IMG/VR virus record: IMGVR_UViG_3300023174_000065
Strand: one strand, 5' to 3'
DNA from: a virus
DNA length: 64,000 bases
Shown here: one piece after another, positions 17,879 through 28,079 of the stretch
Numbering within the stretch: position 1 is the first letter of the stretch
Layout of the letters: every line of letters starts with the position of its first letter
Notes under the pieces: generated by a model
Databases searched by the model: none
Told to the model about the DNA's origin: nothing
The model's input: the letters and a program-made list of their open reading frames with translations, nothing else
Made by a program: the position numbers and the translations under genes

Positions 17879-20800
17879 TTAAGTACTTCCCTGGATATTA
17901 TTGTTCTGTATTAGTTTCACCAATGGACTCGGTGATTGTTTACTGCCAAGTGCGGATATTACAGTGGTATCTAGAGATGAATTTACAGGAGTTGATCCCA
18001 TTTGTAGAACTGATTTAATCGTTAGCGCGCCACTTTCTACCGAACCTAGTCCAACCGATGCTGGCATGACTCCTGATACAGCATTTTGTGCTCTAGATCC
18101 TACAGAATTAACAACTCCAACTGCTTCTCCGACTACATTATTGACTATACTATTTACTGTGCCTATATTATCTGATAATCCTTGAACTGCTCCAGAAATG
18201 TTATCAAGTCCTGATGAAAGACTTCCCACTGAGTTTGTAATTTTATTAATATCAGTAAGTGCAGGAAGATTGGTCAAATTATCTAATGTACCAGATATAC
18301 TACCAAATGAATTTATAATACTCTTGAGCGCAGGATCTGGCAAAGGTTTAGGTGCAGAAACACTGGGCTGAGCTGGTGGCAAATTTGGTATGTTATCCTT
18401 AGTGATGAATTTAAACATTAGACCTTTATTTCCTAACGTTCCAAAATCAACGTTATCAGGAATCAAACTAGAAATCTTTTTCAATTCACCTGTAATCTGA
18501 CTGCCAACTGGACCCAATAGACCGGATATTTTGGATGTATCTATTCTCAATGAGTCTGCAATTGCAAGTGGATCAGATAAACTAGAGTTGAATGCTTTAC
18601 TAATTGCATTCGTAACGTCTCCCACTGTATCATCAACCTTGCCAACCACATTGGATATACTTTTATTGACATCTGATACAATACTATTAGCTGAACCACC
18701 TGCCGCTGTTATCTGTGTAGCAACTGATGTTGCCAGTGCAGTGGAAGCATCGGTCTCATCTATACCTATAGTTCCACTAATCGACCTACTGACCGCTGCT
18801 ATTGCAGAAGCGGATGGATTGGGTGAAACAATAGTTGAATTAAATAATTCCGCCGACGCAGATATTTTTTTGTCAATGTTATCAATTCCACCACTTAGTT
18901 GGTTTGCCAATTCTCCAGCTTGGCCTGCAAGTCCTGAAAAATCGGATACCAAACTTTTGGAAAAATTTCCAACACTTCCAACTGCGTTAGAAAGTGCGGC
19001 TTCTGCATCGGTCGCAAAATTGATAAAGTTATCAACTGGATTTGGTAAACCTCTGGATAACATATTCAGTATTCCCAGGGAATCCGACCGAATTCCAGTA
19101 GCCTGAACATCTGCTGGCTTGGTATCTTCTGTTTTTTGTTCTCCAGGTAAAGGCGAACTTTTTATTAAATTAGGAGATGTTTCAGTTCCTCCAGAATCAA
19201 TTATTCCCTGAGAACGGTTTAATGTTAACAACTGAGTAAAAACTCCATTTTTAAAATTACTAGTTAAGCTCATTACTCTATATAAACCACTAAAAGGCAA
19301 CAATGGAGCAAATTCAACAAATCCTGAATTTGCTCCATCAATTGATATGTCAATTGGATTTCTAAAATTAATTTGTATAAAAAGATCTCCTTGCCTAACA
19401 GCCGCCTGTCCATCATTCGTAATCATAGTGGTTCCAGTCATACCATCATCCAGTATAACACCTTCATTTATCATTCCACCATTAATAAGAAAATAAGGAT
19501 CACCCAATATTTCTAACTCTCCTGTTATCATTGAAGTATTATTCAAGATTGATTCATGAAGAGTACGAGCCATAGACTGATATGAATCATTCAATATCTG
19601 GCCAGTATGATCTTTTGGCACACTATTAAGTTTTCGATCATATTGTATGGTAGCAGAAGGAGTTTTATCAACAGGACTAGATGTATCGTTATTAGACATA
19701 GTTGCTGTTGCACTAGCCGGTTGTGCTATCTTAACTGGATTAGTTCGAGTAGCAGAATTTGGAACAGCTGAAGAAGACGGTTTATTTCCTAATAATGGTG
19801 ACTGTGCATCATAGAATAAATTATCAAATTTTAGTTGAAATTTTATAATATCTGTATTTTTTCCGGTATAGATATATTGATATTCTCTTTTTATTTGACT
19901 AAGAACCTGAGAAGTATCGATCTTAGCCTGTGATAATCCAGGAATATTAGTATATAGCGTTCTATATGGCTGTAATATGTATCTGTATACATAATAATAA
20001 GTATTATTTTCAATATCAAAATCTTCAGAATACACGGTCTGAGATTCAATTGTAAAATAAGTGACGTTTTTATCTTCTCCATTTTTTGCAGCAATTAGTT
20101 GCTTTTGTAGTAAATTAATTCTAATATATTCACTAGATATTATAATTGAAGTAATACAATCACTTATTTGACTACCCGCACTGAATTGAAATGATGGTTT
20201 ACCTGGAGCAGGTGCTTTCTGAGTAGTAACTGGTGCACCAGTCGCCGTTTTAGCAGATCCACCTTCTGGCTTTGCTCCAACGTATCCACTTGTTTGAGAA
20301 GGTTCTGAAAATTTAAATAAGTTAGGATCTGATAATCCATTATTCATTTTTTCTTTAATTATTTCATTTTGATAATTATTTGATTCGCCATTAGATGATT
20401 TTACTCCTTCTCTTGGAGAATAAAGCATCGCATTGAGAATATCACTACGATCAGTGGTGCTTGCAAGCTTAGGACAAGAAATTTCATAAAAATCATGCTT
20501 TGCATTAATGTTATCTTTTGATATTTTTGCATTATTTTTTACTGATTCATTAACTTTCTTAAAAAAGTCACACAAGACTTCACCCACTGTATATCCCTCA
20601 ACAGAAAGATCAGTTAGTAACATACCAGCATTGCCAAATGAAATATTATTGAGTGGAAGGACCGAGCATCGATATTTTGTTCCTGATTCACTTACACCAA
20701 CTTCAATTTGTGAAAATTTAAAAATAAAATATCGAGTACTTTTTGGAATAATTTCCGATTTTAATTCATTAACTGGAATATCATCTTTATATCCGTTAAA

Positions 20801-21706
20801 TTCTACCTTCATTCCATACGGCGTATTTAGGTAACTATCAAATCCAGCAGCCCTTGATGACACTTGTAATGATTCTATAAATCCATTCATGCTATATGGT
20901 TCTGTTACAGTAAACTTCATAGTCATTACCTGAGTGGATCCTGCAGCCGCATTTCCCGAACCAATAATACTATCAAATTCCAAATCATCAATAAATAAAT
21001 CAAATCTTCCGGGACTTTTTCTATTATAATCATCAATCATTTGAGATACTTCTTCTGACGAACCATTTTTATCTACATTTTTCTGATTGCCTTTGCCTTT
21101 AGAAGTCAAAACAAGATATCGATTAATGGACTCATCTACTAACGTATAGTCAATAGTATCACTGACTGCTGCTACTGGCAAACATCCAATAGTGAAATTA
21201 TAATTCCATGAATTATACTGATTTAAAATATTGCTTTCAGTTGCAAGAACAAACCGTAGATTACTATCTGGATTATTAAACAATTTGTTAGGCGCAGCAT
21301 CTTTAGCAGTTTTACGTGATGCCGTACCGCGATCGGCCGCTCCAGAAGATCCACGTTGAAACTCATAATGTACGGCATCATTCTTAACATTTTTCCAAAT
21401 AATTCCATATTTTTTTAATATATCTTTGGCTACCGGATCTCCGCCTTGTTGAATATCTACTGCAAGGCCGCGCGGATGTTTGGATACATCGGGATCCACT
21501 GCTTTAGGTCCCGCGTTTCTTTGCTCCTCACGAGTTCGATAAGAGGAATTGATTTGAAGCTTCTTACCAGTCTTTTTTAAATACTCTTGTCCTGCATTAA
21601 GTAGTGCATTTTGAAAATCCTGTGGCAGTTGTCTAAAATGAGCCTCATCGCCCGTTGGGAATTTTGTATAAAAATTTAACACATCACTTGGACTAATTGA
21701 TGGCAT
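17879..21706 (-). CDS. Baseplate hub protein (gp27-like position) with N-terminal M15 (VanY-like) peptidase domain
   Basis: N-terminal INSSYRTREEQ...SKHPRGLAVDI...DAVHYE Zn-peptidase motifs; hub-like ELEILGDPYFL and FSGLYRVMSLTSNFKNGVFTQLL motifs; lies between gp53-like and gp5-like genes. Confidence 0.7.
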   Translation of the reverse strand: MPSISPSDVLNFYTKFPTGDEAHFRQLPQDFQNALLNAGQEYLKKTGKKLQINSSYRTREEQRNAGPKAVDPDVSKHPRGLAVDIQQGGDPVAKDILKKYGIIWKNVKNDAVHYEFQRGSSGAADRGTASRKTAKDAAPNKLFNNPDSNLRFVLATESNILNQYNSWNYNFTIGCLPVAAVSDTIDYTLVDESINRYLVLTSKGKGNQKNVDKNGSSEEVSQMIDDYNRKSPGRFDLFIDDLEFDSIIGSGNAAAGSTQVMTMKFTVTEPYSMNGFIESLQVSSRAAGFDSYLNTPYGMKVEFNGYKDDIPVNELKSEIIPKSTRYFIFKFSQIEVGVSESGTKYRCSVLPLNNISFGNAGMLLTDLSVEGYTVGEVLCDFFKKVNESVKNNAKISKDNINAKHDFYEISCPKLASTTDRSDILNAMLYSPREGVKSSNGESNNYQNEIIKEKMNNGLSDPNLFKFSEPSQTSGYVGAKPEGGSAKTATGAPVTTQKAPAPGKPSFQFSAGSQISDCITSIIISSEYIRINLLQKQLIAAKNGEDKNVTYFTIESQTVYSEDFDIENNTYYYVYRYILQPYRTLYTNIPGLSQAKIDTSQVLSQIKREYQYIYTGKNTDIIKFQLKFDNLFYDAQSPLLGNKPSSSAVPNSATRTNPVKIAQPASATATMSNNDTSSPVDKTPSATIQYDRKLNSVPKDHTGQILNDSYQSMARTLHESILNNTSMITGELEILGDPYFLINGGMINEGVILDDGMTGTTMITNDGQAAVRQGDLFIQINFRNPIDISIDGANSGFVEFAPLLPFSGLYRVMSLTSNFKNGVFTQLLTLNRSQGIIDSGGTETSPNLIKSSPLPGEQKTEDTKPADVQATGIRSDSLGILNMLSRGLPNPVDNFINFATDAEAALSNAVGSVGNFSKSLVSDFSGLAGQAGELANQLSGGIDNIDKKISASAELFNSTIVSPNPSASAIAAVSRSISGTIGIDETDASTALATSVATQITAAGGSANSIVSDVNKSISNVVGKVDDTVGDVTNAISKAFNSSLSDPLAIADSLRIDTSKISGLLGPVGSQITGELKKISSLIPDNVDFGTLGNKGLMFKFITKDNIPNLPPAQPSVSAPKPLPDPALKSIINSFGSISGTLDNLTNLPALTDINKITNSVGSLSSGLDNISGAVQGLSDNIGTVNSIVNNVVGEAVGVVNSVGSRAQNAVSGVMPASVGLGSVESGALTIKSVLQMGSTPVNSSLDTTVISALGSKQSPSPLVKLIQNNNIQGST

Positions 21707-21707
21707 A

Positions 21708-22007
21708 TTAAATTCCCAAAGCTCTGTTTATAGCATCTTTTCTAGGAATAAAGATAGTCTGACCAGGAACAAAGTCAAAAATTGAATCTTTAATTACATC
21801 TTTATTCCTAACGGCAAATACCCACCAAAGTTGCGGATCGCCATACACATCTGATGCGAGTAAATCAGGCCTATACAGATGTCTACTAGTCAAGGTATAC
21901 TGAGAGTCACTTGCCAATGCAGGAATATCAATGAAATTTAAAATATCAAGAATTCCGCCATTTATAGGAGTTCTATAGTATGGACTTGATTTGTTATATC
22001 CCGACAT
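21708..22007 (-). CDS. gp53: Baseplate wedge protein gp53-like (LysM-like / tail X)
   Basis: YRPDLLASDVYGDPQLWWVFAVRN motif. The likely true start is ATG at 22007 (TAATG overlap with the upstream stop), not 22046. Confidence 0.8.
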   Translation of the reverse strand: MSGYNKSSPYYRTPINGGILDILNFIDIPALASDSQYTLTSRHLYRPDLLASDVYGDPQLWWVFAVRNKDVIKDSIFDFVPGQTIFIPRKDAINRALGI

Positions 22008-22936
22008 TAGATCAATCCTTTGCCAATAAATGAGCCGGTTAACCAATCAGGAATATTATGATTAAGCATTTCTCGTCTACTATACATTATGTTCATATCA
22101 ATTGTAATATTACTAGCTATAGGTACCATGGATGCAAGAGGTGTTCCTCTTCCTATTGTTACATAATCAACGTCATTGGGCAACTCATGTTTCCATGAAG
22201 TTATTGCCACAGGTACATTATACATCATATATTGTCCATATGCATAAAATCTACATACAGGCGGCGGACTACCTGCTTGATCATCTGCACCAAAACGCAT
22301 TTTAGTCAATGCTCTAAGTAAATGAATTACAGATAATAATACCTTGCCGTCCTGTTCATTCTGGACTGTGAATTTAGCAGTCATATTAATTGGACCCACT
22401 GAACTATTTTTATAAAAATACTGTGAGAAATTTGAATGTAGTGGAGTTTGTTGCGCATATTCTGCTTTATTATCAACACTGATAGTAGGAGTATAAGGAA
22501 ATAATATGCCTCCATTATTTGTCAAAATGTTATTTGGACCAGCACTTGGAGTTCCAGGTTGTATGTATTCGCCTGGAACTTTTAATCTAACACGTAAATC
22601 TTTACCGGCAGTAGGATCGGCATTCACAGTTATTCCTTCTGCTGCTACTAATGCTGCATAGTTCTTCTGTACTTGAGTGTCCAAGGACGCGGCAAGTGCT
22701 GGCAAGTCTAGTTTCGGGCTATTAATTGATGCAGTAATATTAGCATTGTAGGCAGCGATCTGGGCTTCCACTGAAGCATCCTTCGACCCAAATGTTATAG
22801 GTGGCAAAATTGGATTAGTAAGTTTACTATTACCCACAACATTAAAATCAGCAGAGCTTGGATCCGGAAATAGCGATGCTGCATTAAAGTCTGGTCTAGT
22901 GGGGTTAGTTGCAAAATTAGGTGGATTACTTGCCAT
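22007..22936 (-). CDS. Baseplate/tail-tube initiator (gp48/gp54-like, CIS tube-type)
   Basis: GILFPYTPTI...HSNF..YFYKNS...GSPPPVCRFYAYGQYMMYNVPVAITS motif; located upstream of the gp53-like gene. Confidence 0.6.
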   Translation of the reverse strand: MASNPPNFATNPTRPDFNAASLFPDPSSADFNVVGNSKLTNPILPPITFGSKDASVEAQIAAYNANITASINSPKLDLPALAASLDTQVQKNYAALVAAEGITVNADPTAGKDLRVRLKVPGEYIQPGTPSAGPNNILTNNGGILFPYTPTISVDNKAEYAQQTPLHSNFSQYFYKNSSVGPINMTAKFTVQNEQDGKVLLSVIHLLRALTKMRFGADDQAGSPPPVCRFYAYGQYMMYNVPVAITSWKHELPNDVDYVTIGRGTPLASMVPIASNITIDMNIMYSRREMLNHNIPDWLTGSFIGKGLI

Positions 22937-22992
22937 TTATTTTTCCTCGCAGTCTATTTACTCGATTAAATAATGTACATACTTAATAATTA

Positions 22993-23021
22993 TTGCTTTT
23001 TTCACGGTAATCAGTTATAAT
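22993..23021 (+). promoter_or_regulatory. Sigma70-type promoter upstream of the late sigma factor gene
   Basis: TTGCTT-N17-TATAAT, followed by SD AAGGAG before the ATG at 23046. Confidence 0.65.
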
Positions 23022-23045
23022 ATCTGGATAAGGAGAGCATGTAAA

Positions 23046-23954
23046 ATGCCTAGATCACCAACACCAACGCCACCAGGAAGAAAACAAAAATATCTAAACA
23101 ATAAAGAATTGTTATCAGAAATTCACAAGAGTAAAAACAGCTTCAGTAGCTATATATCTCCAGAATGTTCACAATATGATCTAATTCTACCTGATTTAGA
23201 TAAAATTAACATCAGAACTATAGCTGATGCAAAGCGAAATCGAGCAAAAAGAATTGGAATATTAGCTTTGCAAGAAGCAAAACTTGCAGGAATTAAGAAT
23301 ATTAAAATTGCCGACACTACTCCTGACTATAAAACGATTAAAAAAACCGACGTTATATTCAGAATAATGACATATGATCATATTCCACTTGCTCCGGGTA
23401 GAAAAAAGACTACAAAAACAACTGCCGACAGTCACGCAAAGCTAAATTTTCCACCATATCAACATTGGAAATTTGACGAAGAAGGAAATCTAATATGTGT
23501 AGGCAAGAGTCATTGGAAAGACGGAATTCATAACGGTCATTTTAGTTGTGACCATGGAAGAATCACTGAAAATCTTGGTCAAATGTTTATTAAGCTATCA
23601 GAAAGATATGCACAAAGACCAAACTGGCGAGGATATACTTACATCGATGAGATGAAGGGACAAGCTCTTTTACAACTGAGCTATATTGGATTAAAATTTG
23701 ATGAATCAAAATCTGAAAATCCTTTTGCGTATTATACGGCGGCAGTGACAAACTCTTTTACAAGAGTATTTAATCTAGAAAAGCAATCTCAGAACATCCG
23801 CGATGATATTCTTGAAGAGCACGGATTAACTCCAAGTATGACACGACAGCTTAGTCAGGAATTTTCAGGAGAAGTTTCTAGACAAGCAATTCTTTATAAA
23901 TCGCACCGTATGAAGAAATCAAAAGAATCCGATGTTGAAGACGGTGAACAATAA
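23046..23954 (+). CDS. gp55: Late transcription sigma factor, T4 gp55-like
   Basis: YLNNKELL..I, LGQMFIKLSERYAQRPNWRGYTYIDEM and KFDESKSENPFAYYTAAVTNSF motifs; directly upstream of gp47/gp46 as in T4-like phages. Confidence 0.85.
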   Translation: MPRSPTPTPPGRKQKYLNNKELLSEIHKSKNSFSSYISPECSQYDLILPDLDKINIRTIADAKRNRAKRIGILALQEAKLAGIKNIKIADTTPDYKTIKKTDVIFRIMTYDHIPLAPGRKKTTKTTADSHAKLNFPPYQHWKFDEEGNLICVGKSHWKDGIHNGHFSCDHGRITENLGQMFIKLSERYAQRPNWRGYTYIDEMKGQALLQLSYIGLKFDESKSENPFAYYTAAVTNSFTRVFNLEKQSQNIRDDILEEHGLTPSMTRQLSQEFSGEVSRQAILYKSHRMKKSKESDVEDGEQ

Positions 23955-23983
23955 TTGACTTCTTGCCTATATACATATATAAT
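23955..23983 (+). promoter_or_regulatory. Sigma70-type promoter upstream of gp47
   Basis: TTGACT-N17-TATAAT. Confidence 0.75.
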
Positions 23984-24011
23984 ATAGAAAAATAGGATAA
24001 TAATAACAAAA

Positions 24012-25025
24012 ATGGCATTATTCAAAAAAGTAGCCGCCTTCACCGATATTCATTTTGGTCTAAAGTCAAATTCATCGACACACAACAAAGATTGTGAAGA
24101 TTTTGTTGACTGGTTTATAATGGAAGCTCAAAAAGCAGGCGCAGAAACCTGCATATTTTTAGGTGATTGGCATCATCATCGTAATTCCATTAACTTGACA
24201 ACATTGGATTCAAGTTTGCGATGTTTAGAAAAACTAGGAGCTGCGTTTGAGCAGTTTTTTTGGTTTCCCGGCAATCACGACTTATTTTATAGAGATAAAC
24301 GAGACATTCATTCCAGTGCATTTGGTAAACATATTCCCGGAGTAACTGTTATAGATAAAGTTACCACAATAGGAGATGTTACACTAGTTCCATGGCTAGT
24401 AGGAAACGAATGGAAAACTGTTCCTAAGATTAAAAGCAAATATATGTTTGGTCATTTTGAATTACCATTGTTTTATATGAACGCAATGGTACAAATGCCA
24501 GATCATGGTGAATTACAGGTTGCACACTTCCAGCATCAAGATTATGTATTCTCTGGACACTTCCATAAAAGACAAAATCGAGATAAAATCTGGTATATTG
24601 GAAATACATTTCCACACAACTTTGCGGACACATGGGATGATGATCGAGGAATGATGTTACTCGATTGGGATGGAGAACCCGAGTTCAAAATATGGCCAGA
24701 TGCTCCAAAATTCAGAACATTAAAACTCAGCGAACTCATCGATAAAAAAGATGAGATTATGAAGGGCAAAATGTATCTAAAGGTAAATCTTGATATTGAT
24801 ATTAGCTATGAGGAAGCAAACTTTCTCAAGGAAACCTTTATCAGTGAGTATGATATTCGAGAAATTAGTCTTATTCAAGAAAAGATCAGTTTAGATGCCA
24901 CTACTGACGATGATCCTGATGTAGCTTTTGAATCTGTAGATCATATAGTTACAAATCAGTTAGTAAACATTGATTCTGAATCATTTGATAAACAAATACT
25001 CTTAAAAATCTACCAGGAACTATAA
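24012..25025 (+). CDS. gp47: Recombination nuclease subunit (Mre11/SbcD-like)
   Basis: Metallophosphoesterase motifs DIHFG, GDWHH, GNHD, GHFE and SGHFH. Confidence 0.93.
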   Translation: MALFKKVAAFTDIHFGLKSNSSTHNKDCEDFVDWFIMEAQKAGAETCIFLGDWHHHRNSINLTTLDSSLRCLEKLGAAFEQFFWFPGNHDLFYRDKRDIHSSAFGKHIPGVTVIDKVTTIGDVTLVPWLVGNEWKTVPKIKSKYMFGHFELPLFYMNAMVQMPDHGELQVAHFQHQDYVFSGHFHKRQNRDKIWYIGNTFPHNFADTWDDDRGMMLLDWDGEPEFKIWPDAPKFRTLKLSELIDKKDEIMKGKMYLKVNLDIDISYEEANFLKETFISEYDIREISLIQEKISLDATTDDDPDVAFESVDHIVTNQLVNIDSESFDKQILLKIYQEL

Positions 25026-26821
25026 TGTCGTTTTTAATTAAGAACATAACCGTAAAAAATTTCATGTCGATAGGTAATCAAACACAGGCAGTTGATTTTG
25101 ACAAAGAATCATTGACACTAGTAATTGGCGAAAACTTAGATCTTGGCGGAGATGACTCTGGATCTAGAAATGGAACAGGAAAAACCACAATGGTTAATGC
25201 ACTGAGTTATGCTCTGTATGGCCAGGCGCTCAGTAGTATTAAAAAAGAAAACCTAATCAACAAAATAAACGGCAAACATATGTTGGTAACGGTTGAATTT
25301 GAATCCAAAGGCAATCATTACAGAATTGAACGCGGAAGAAAGCCTAATATCCTAAAGTTATACGTCAACAACCAAGAACAAAAATCAAAAGATAATAACG
25401 ACGATGACGCACAAGGTGATAATCGAGAGACTCAGAAATCTATAGAACATTTAATAGGAATGAGTCACACGATGTTCAAGCACTTAGTTGCGTTGAATAC
25501 TTACACAGAACCATTTCTATCAATGGGAGCAGGCGCTCAACGAGAAGTAATTGAGCAGCTATTAGGAATCACGGCACTGAGCGAAAAGGCCGAGAATTTA
25601 AAAAATTCTATAAAGATAACAAAAGATAACATTCAATCAGAGACCTATAAGATTGATGGCATCAAAAAAGCAAACGAAAATATTCAAAAAAGCATAGATA
25701 GTTTGATATTGAAAAGCAACGTCTGGGAAAAAAAGCGAGAGGCTGACCTTGAAAGTTATGGAAAGGCAATTCTTGAACTTCAGGATGTTGATATTGAGGT
25801 AGAATTAAAAACACACGCGATTATTAAAGAATTAGAAACTAAGATTTCTCGTTCGAGGGAATTGAATGTACAAAAAACCACATTACAATCAGCACTTGCA
25901 CAGAATGAAAAGATAACAAGCAAATATCTAGCACAAATAACGTCACTGGATGTAGATAAAAAATGTCCTAGCTGTGACCAGACTCTTCAAGATCACAAAC
26001 ATGAAGAAATGCTTGCACAGCTAGAAACAGAGTTGGCGGAGGCATCAGAGTATTCCACTAAAGTAGGAAATGATCTATTATTAGTAGTAAACGAATTGGA
26101 AACAATTGGCAAACTGCCGGTAATGCCAACAACATTCTATGATACCGAAGCAGAAGCACTTGGTCATAAAAACAATCTAGCATCTCTAGAAAAAACATTT
26201 GAAGATCGTTTGATAGAATATAATCCGTATGTTGAACAAATTGATGATTTAAAAGAAACTGCATTACAGGAAATTGACTGGACAACTGTTAATGAACTGT
26301 CAAAATACAGAGATCATCAGGAATTTCTACACAAGCTATTGACTAATAAGGATTCATTCGTCAGAAAGAAAATTATCAATCAAAATCTAAGTTATTTAAA
26401 TAAGAGACTCAGTTATTATATTGATCAACTGGGTTTACCACATCTTGTGGTTTTTCAGAATGATTTGACCGTGGAAATTACACAACTAGGACAAGATTTA
26501 GACTTTGATAACCTAAGTAGAGGCGAAAGAAACCGTTTAATCTTAAGTATGAGTTTTGCTTTCAGAGATGTTTGGGAAAATCTATACCAACATATTAATC
26601 TCTTGTTTATTGATGAGTTGATTGACAGTGGAATGGACACTGCTGGAGTGGAAGCAGGCCTAGGAGTTCTTAAGAAAATGGCAAGAGAACGAAGTAAAAA
26701 TATATTTCTTATTAGTCACAAAGAAGAGTTAATAGGCAGAGTAGGAAATGTATTGAGAGTAATCAAAGAATCTGGATTTACCTCGTATGCTTCAAATTCA
26801 GAACCTGTAGAAGCGGCATGA
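25025..26821 (+). CDS. gp46: Recombination ATPase subunit (Rad50/SbcC-like)
   Basis: KNFMSIG, Walker A NGTGKTT, zinc hook CPSC, signature LSRGE, Walker B LLFIDE, ISH. Confidence 0.93.
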   Translation: MSFLIKNITVKNFMSIGNQTQAVDFDKESLTLVIGENLDLGGDDSGSRNGTGKTTMVNALSYALYGQALSSIKKENLINKINGKHMLVTVEFESKGNHYRIERGRKPNILKLYVNNQEQKSKDNNDDDAQGDNRETQKSIEHLIGMSHTMFKHLVALNTYTEPFLSMGAGAQREVIEQLLGITALSEKAENLKNSIKITKDNIQSETYKIDGIKKANENIQKSIDSLILKSNVWEKKREADLESYGKAILELQDVDIEVELKTHAIIKELETKISRSRELNVQKTTLQSALAQNEKITSKYLAQITSLDVDKKCPSCDQTLQDHKHEEMLAQLETELAEASEYSTKVGNDLLLVVNELETIGKLPVMPTTFYDTEAEALGHKNNLASLEKTFEDRLIEYNPYVEQIDDLKETALQEIDWTTVNELSKYRDHQEFLHKLLTNKDSFVRKKIINQNLSYLNKRLSYYIDQLGLPHLVVFQNDLTVEITQLGQDLDFDNLSRGERNRLILSMSFAFRDVWENLYQHINLLFIDELIDSGMDTAGVEAGLGVLKKMARERSKNIFLISHKEELIGRVGNVLRVIKESGFTSYASNSEPVEAA

Positions 26822-27111
26822 GCGAAGAACTAAACAAGTATGAAAAGAAACATGAAGAACACACAAAGTATATAGAAAATTATAGTAATTTTGTAGATAC
26901 TTTGGTAGAATTTCAAAGTTTACACGTGGACTATATGCAAAAACAGAGTCTCCGAAAAAAGGCTGCTCTAAAAAAAGTACTAAAAAGATTGAGATTTATT
27001 ATTAAGGAAATGGAAACATCTTCTCTACGCAGAAAATACGAGAGTAGAAAAAATCAACTCCTAATAGATTCTCAAGAAATAATAAACAACAAGGAAGAAA
27101 CAAATGAATAA
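26818..27111 (+). CDS. Hypothetical basic helical protein
   Basis: 97-aa ORF overlapping both neighbours (ATGA coupling with gp46). Confidence 0.7.
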   Translation: MSEELNKYEKKHEEHTKYIENYSNFVDTLVEFQSLHVDYMQKQSLRKKAALKKVLKRLRFIIKEMETSSLRRKYESRKNQLLIDSQEIINNKEETNE

Positions 27112-27298
27112 CACATCTGAACTAATTAAATCAACAGTCGATACATTTTTGGCTGAAAACACAAAGTTTGAAGAGGGAAATGCAGCAGCAGGAACTCGTG
27201 CCAGAAAGGCACTAGCTGACCTCAGTAAACTTATCAAGTCTCGCCGAGGCGAAATTACCGAAACAAAAAATTCACGCAAGGAAGCAAAGGCTTCATAA
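27104..27298 (+). CDS. Histone H1-like (Hc1-family) small DNA-binding protein
   Basis: KFEEGNAAAGTRARKALADLSKLIKSRR motif of the Hc1-like family; SD AAGGA. Confidence 0.8.
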   Translation: MNNTSELIKSTVDTFLAENTKFEEGNAAAGTRARKALADLSKLIKSRRGEITETKNSRKEAKAS

Positions 27299-27300
27299 GT

Positions 27301-27732
27301 GTGAATTGGTACTATAAAGATAATATAGTATCTGAAATACCAGAGGACGTGATTGGATTTGTATATCTTATCACAAACACGTCCTCCGGACGCATGTACA
27401 TTGGAAAAAAGCTGTTTCACTTTAGTAAAACCACATATAAAATGGTAAAACTAAAAAATGGCACAAAAAAACGTAAAAGAATTCGAGGCAAAGTCGAAAG
27501 TGATTGGCAAGATTATTATGGATCAAGTGACAATTTAAAAGTTGACATTGACTTATTAGGTAAAGATAAATTCAAACGAGAGATTCTATACTACTGCAAG
27601 AGTAAATCGGAATGCAGCTACATTGAAGCAAAAGAACAATTTTCTCGCAAGGTATTAGAATCCGATGATTATTATAATGGACATGTACAAGTTAGAGTAC
27701 ATAAAAAACATATAAATGGTAAAATTAGTTAA
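27301..27732 (+). CDS. GIY-YIG endonuclease (endonuclease II / DenA-like)
   Basis: GFVYLITNTSSGRMYIGKK...ESDWQDYYGSS...FKREILYYC...YIEAKEQF...YYN. Confidence 0.85.
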   Translation: MNWYYKDNIVSEIPEDVIGFVYLITNTSSGRMYIGKKLFHFSKTTYKMVKLKNGTKKRKRIRGKVESDWQDYYGSSDNLKVDIDLLGKDKFKREILYYCKSKSECSYIEAKEQFSRKVLESDDYYNGHVQVRVHKKHINGKIS

Positions 27733-27737
27733 TTTTC

Positions 27738-27766
27738 TTGACTTTTATACTCATATAAATTATAAT
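27738..27766 (+). promoter_or_regulatory. Sigma70-type promoter upstream of the 27775 ORF and the structured non-coding element
   Basis: TTGACT-N17-TATAAT. Confidence 0.75.
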
Positions 27767-27774
27767 TACACATT

Positions 27775-28017
27775 ATGGCAAAATTAAAATGGAACCGCAT
27801 TGCAGAAAAATCGCTAATACGCAGACATGGTCATAAAATAGTACAATCTGAATATACGCAAAAAGTTCAAAAAAACAAAAATTATATAAATCTAGGCATT
27901 CACGAAAAACACAACTGGCAACCACTCAAAGGACCGTTTGGTCCACACTCAGGCAAAATAATTTGTAAGACATGTAATGATAAATGGATTACATGGCTTC
28001 CTAAAGGCTCCATCTAA
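27775..28017 (+). CDS. Hypothetical small basic protein with possible H/H/CxxC metal site
   Basis: 80-aa ORF (IHEKH...GPHSGKIICKTCNDKWITWL) directly after a promoter. Confidence 0.7.
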   Translation: MAKLKWNRIAEKSLIRRHGHKIVQSEYTQKVQKNKNYINLGIHEKHNWQPLKGPFGPHSGKIICKTCNDKWITWLPKGSI

Positions 28018-28079
28018 GGCACATCTCGCAAGTAATCGATAATACGGATTGCATTGCAATAGGCACAACAAATCGTAAC

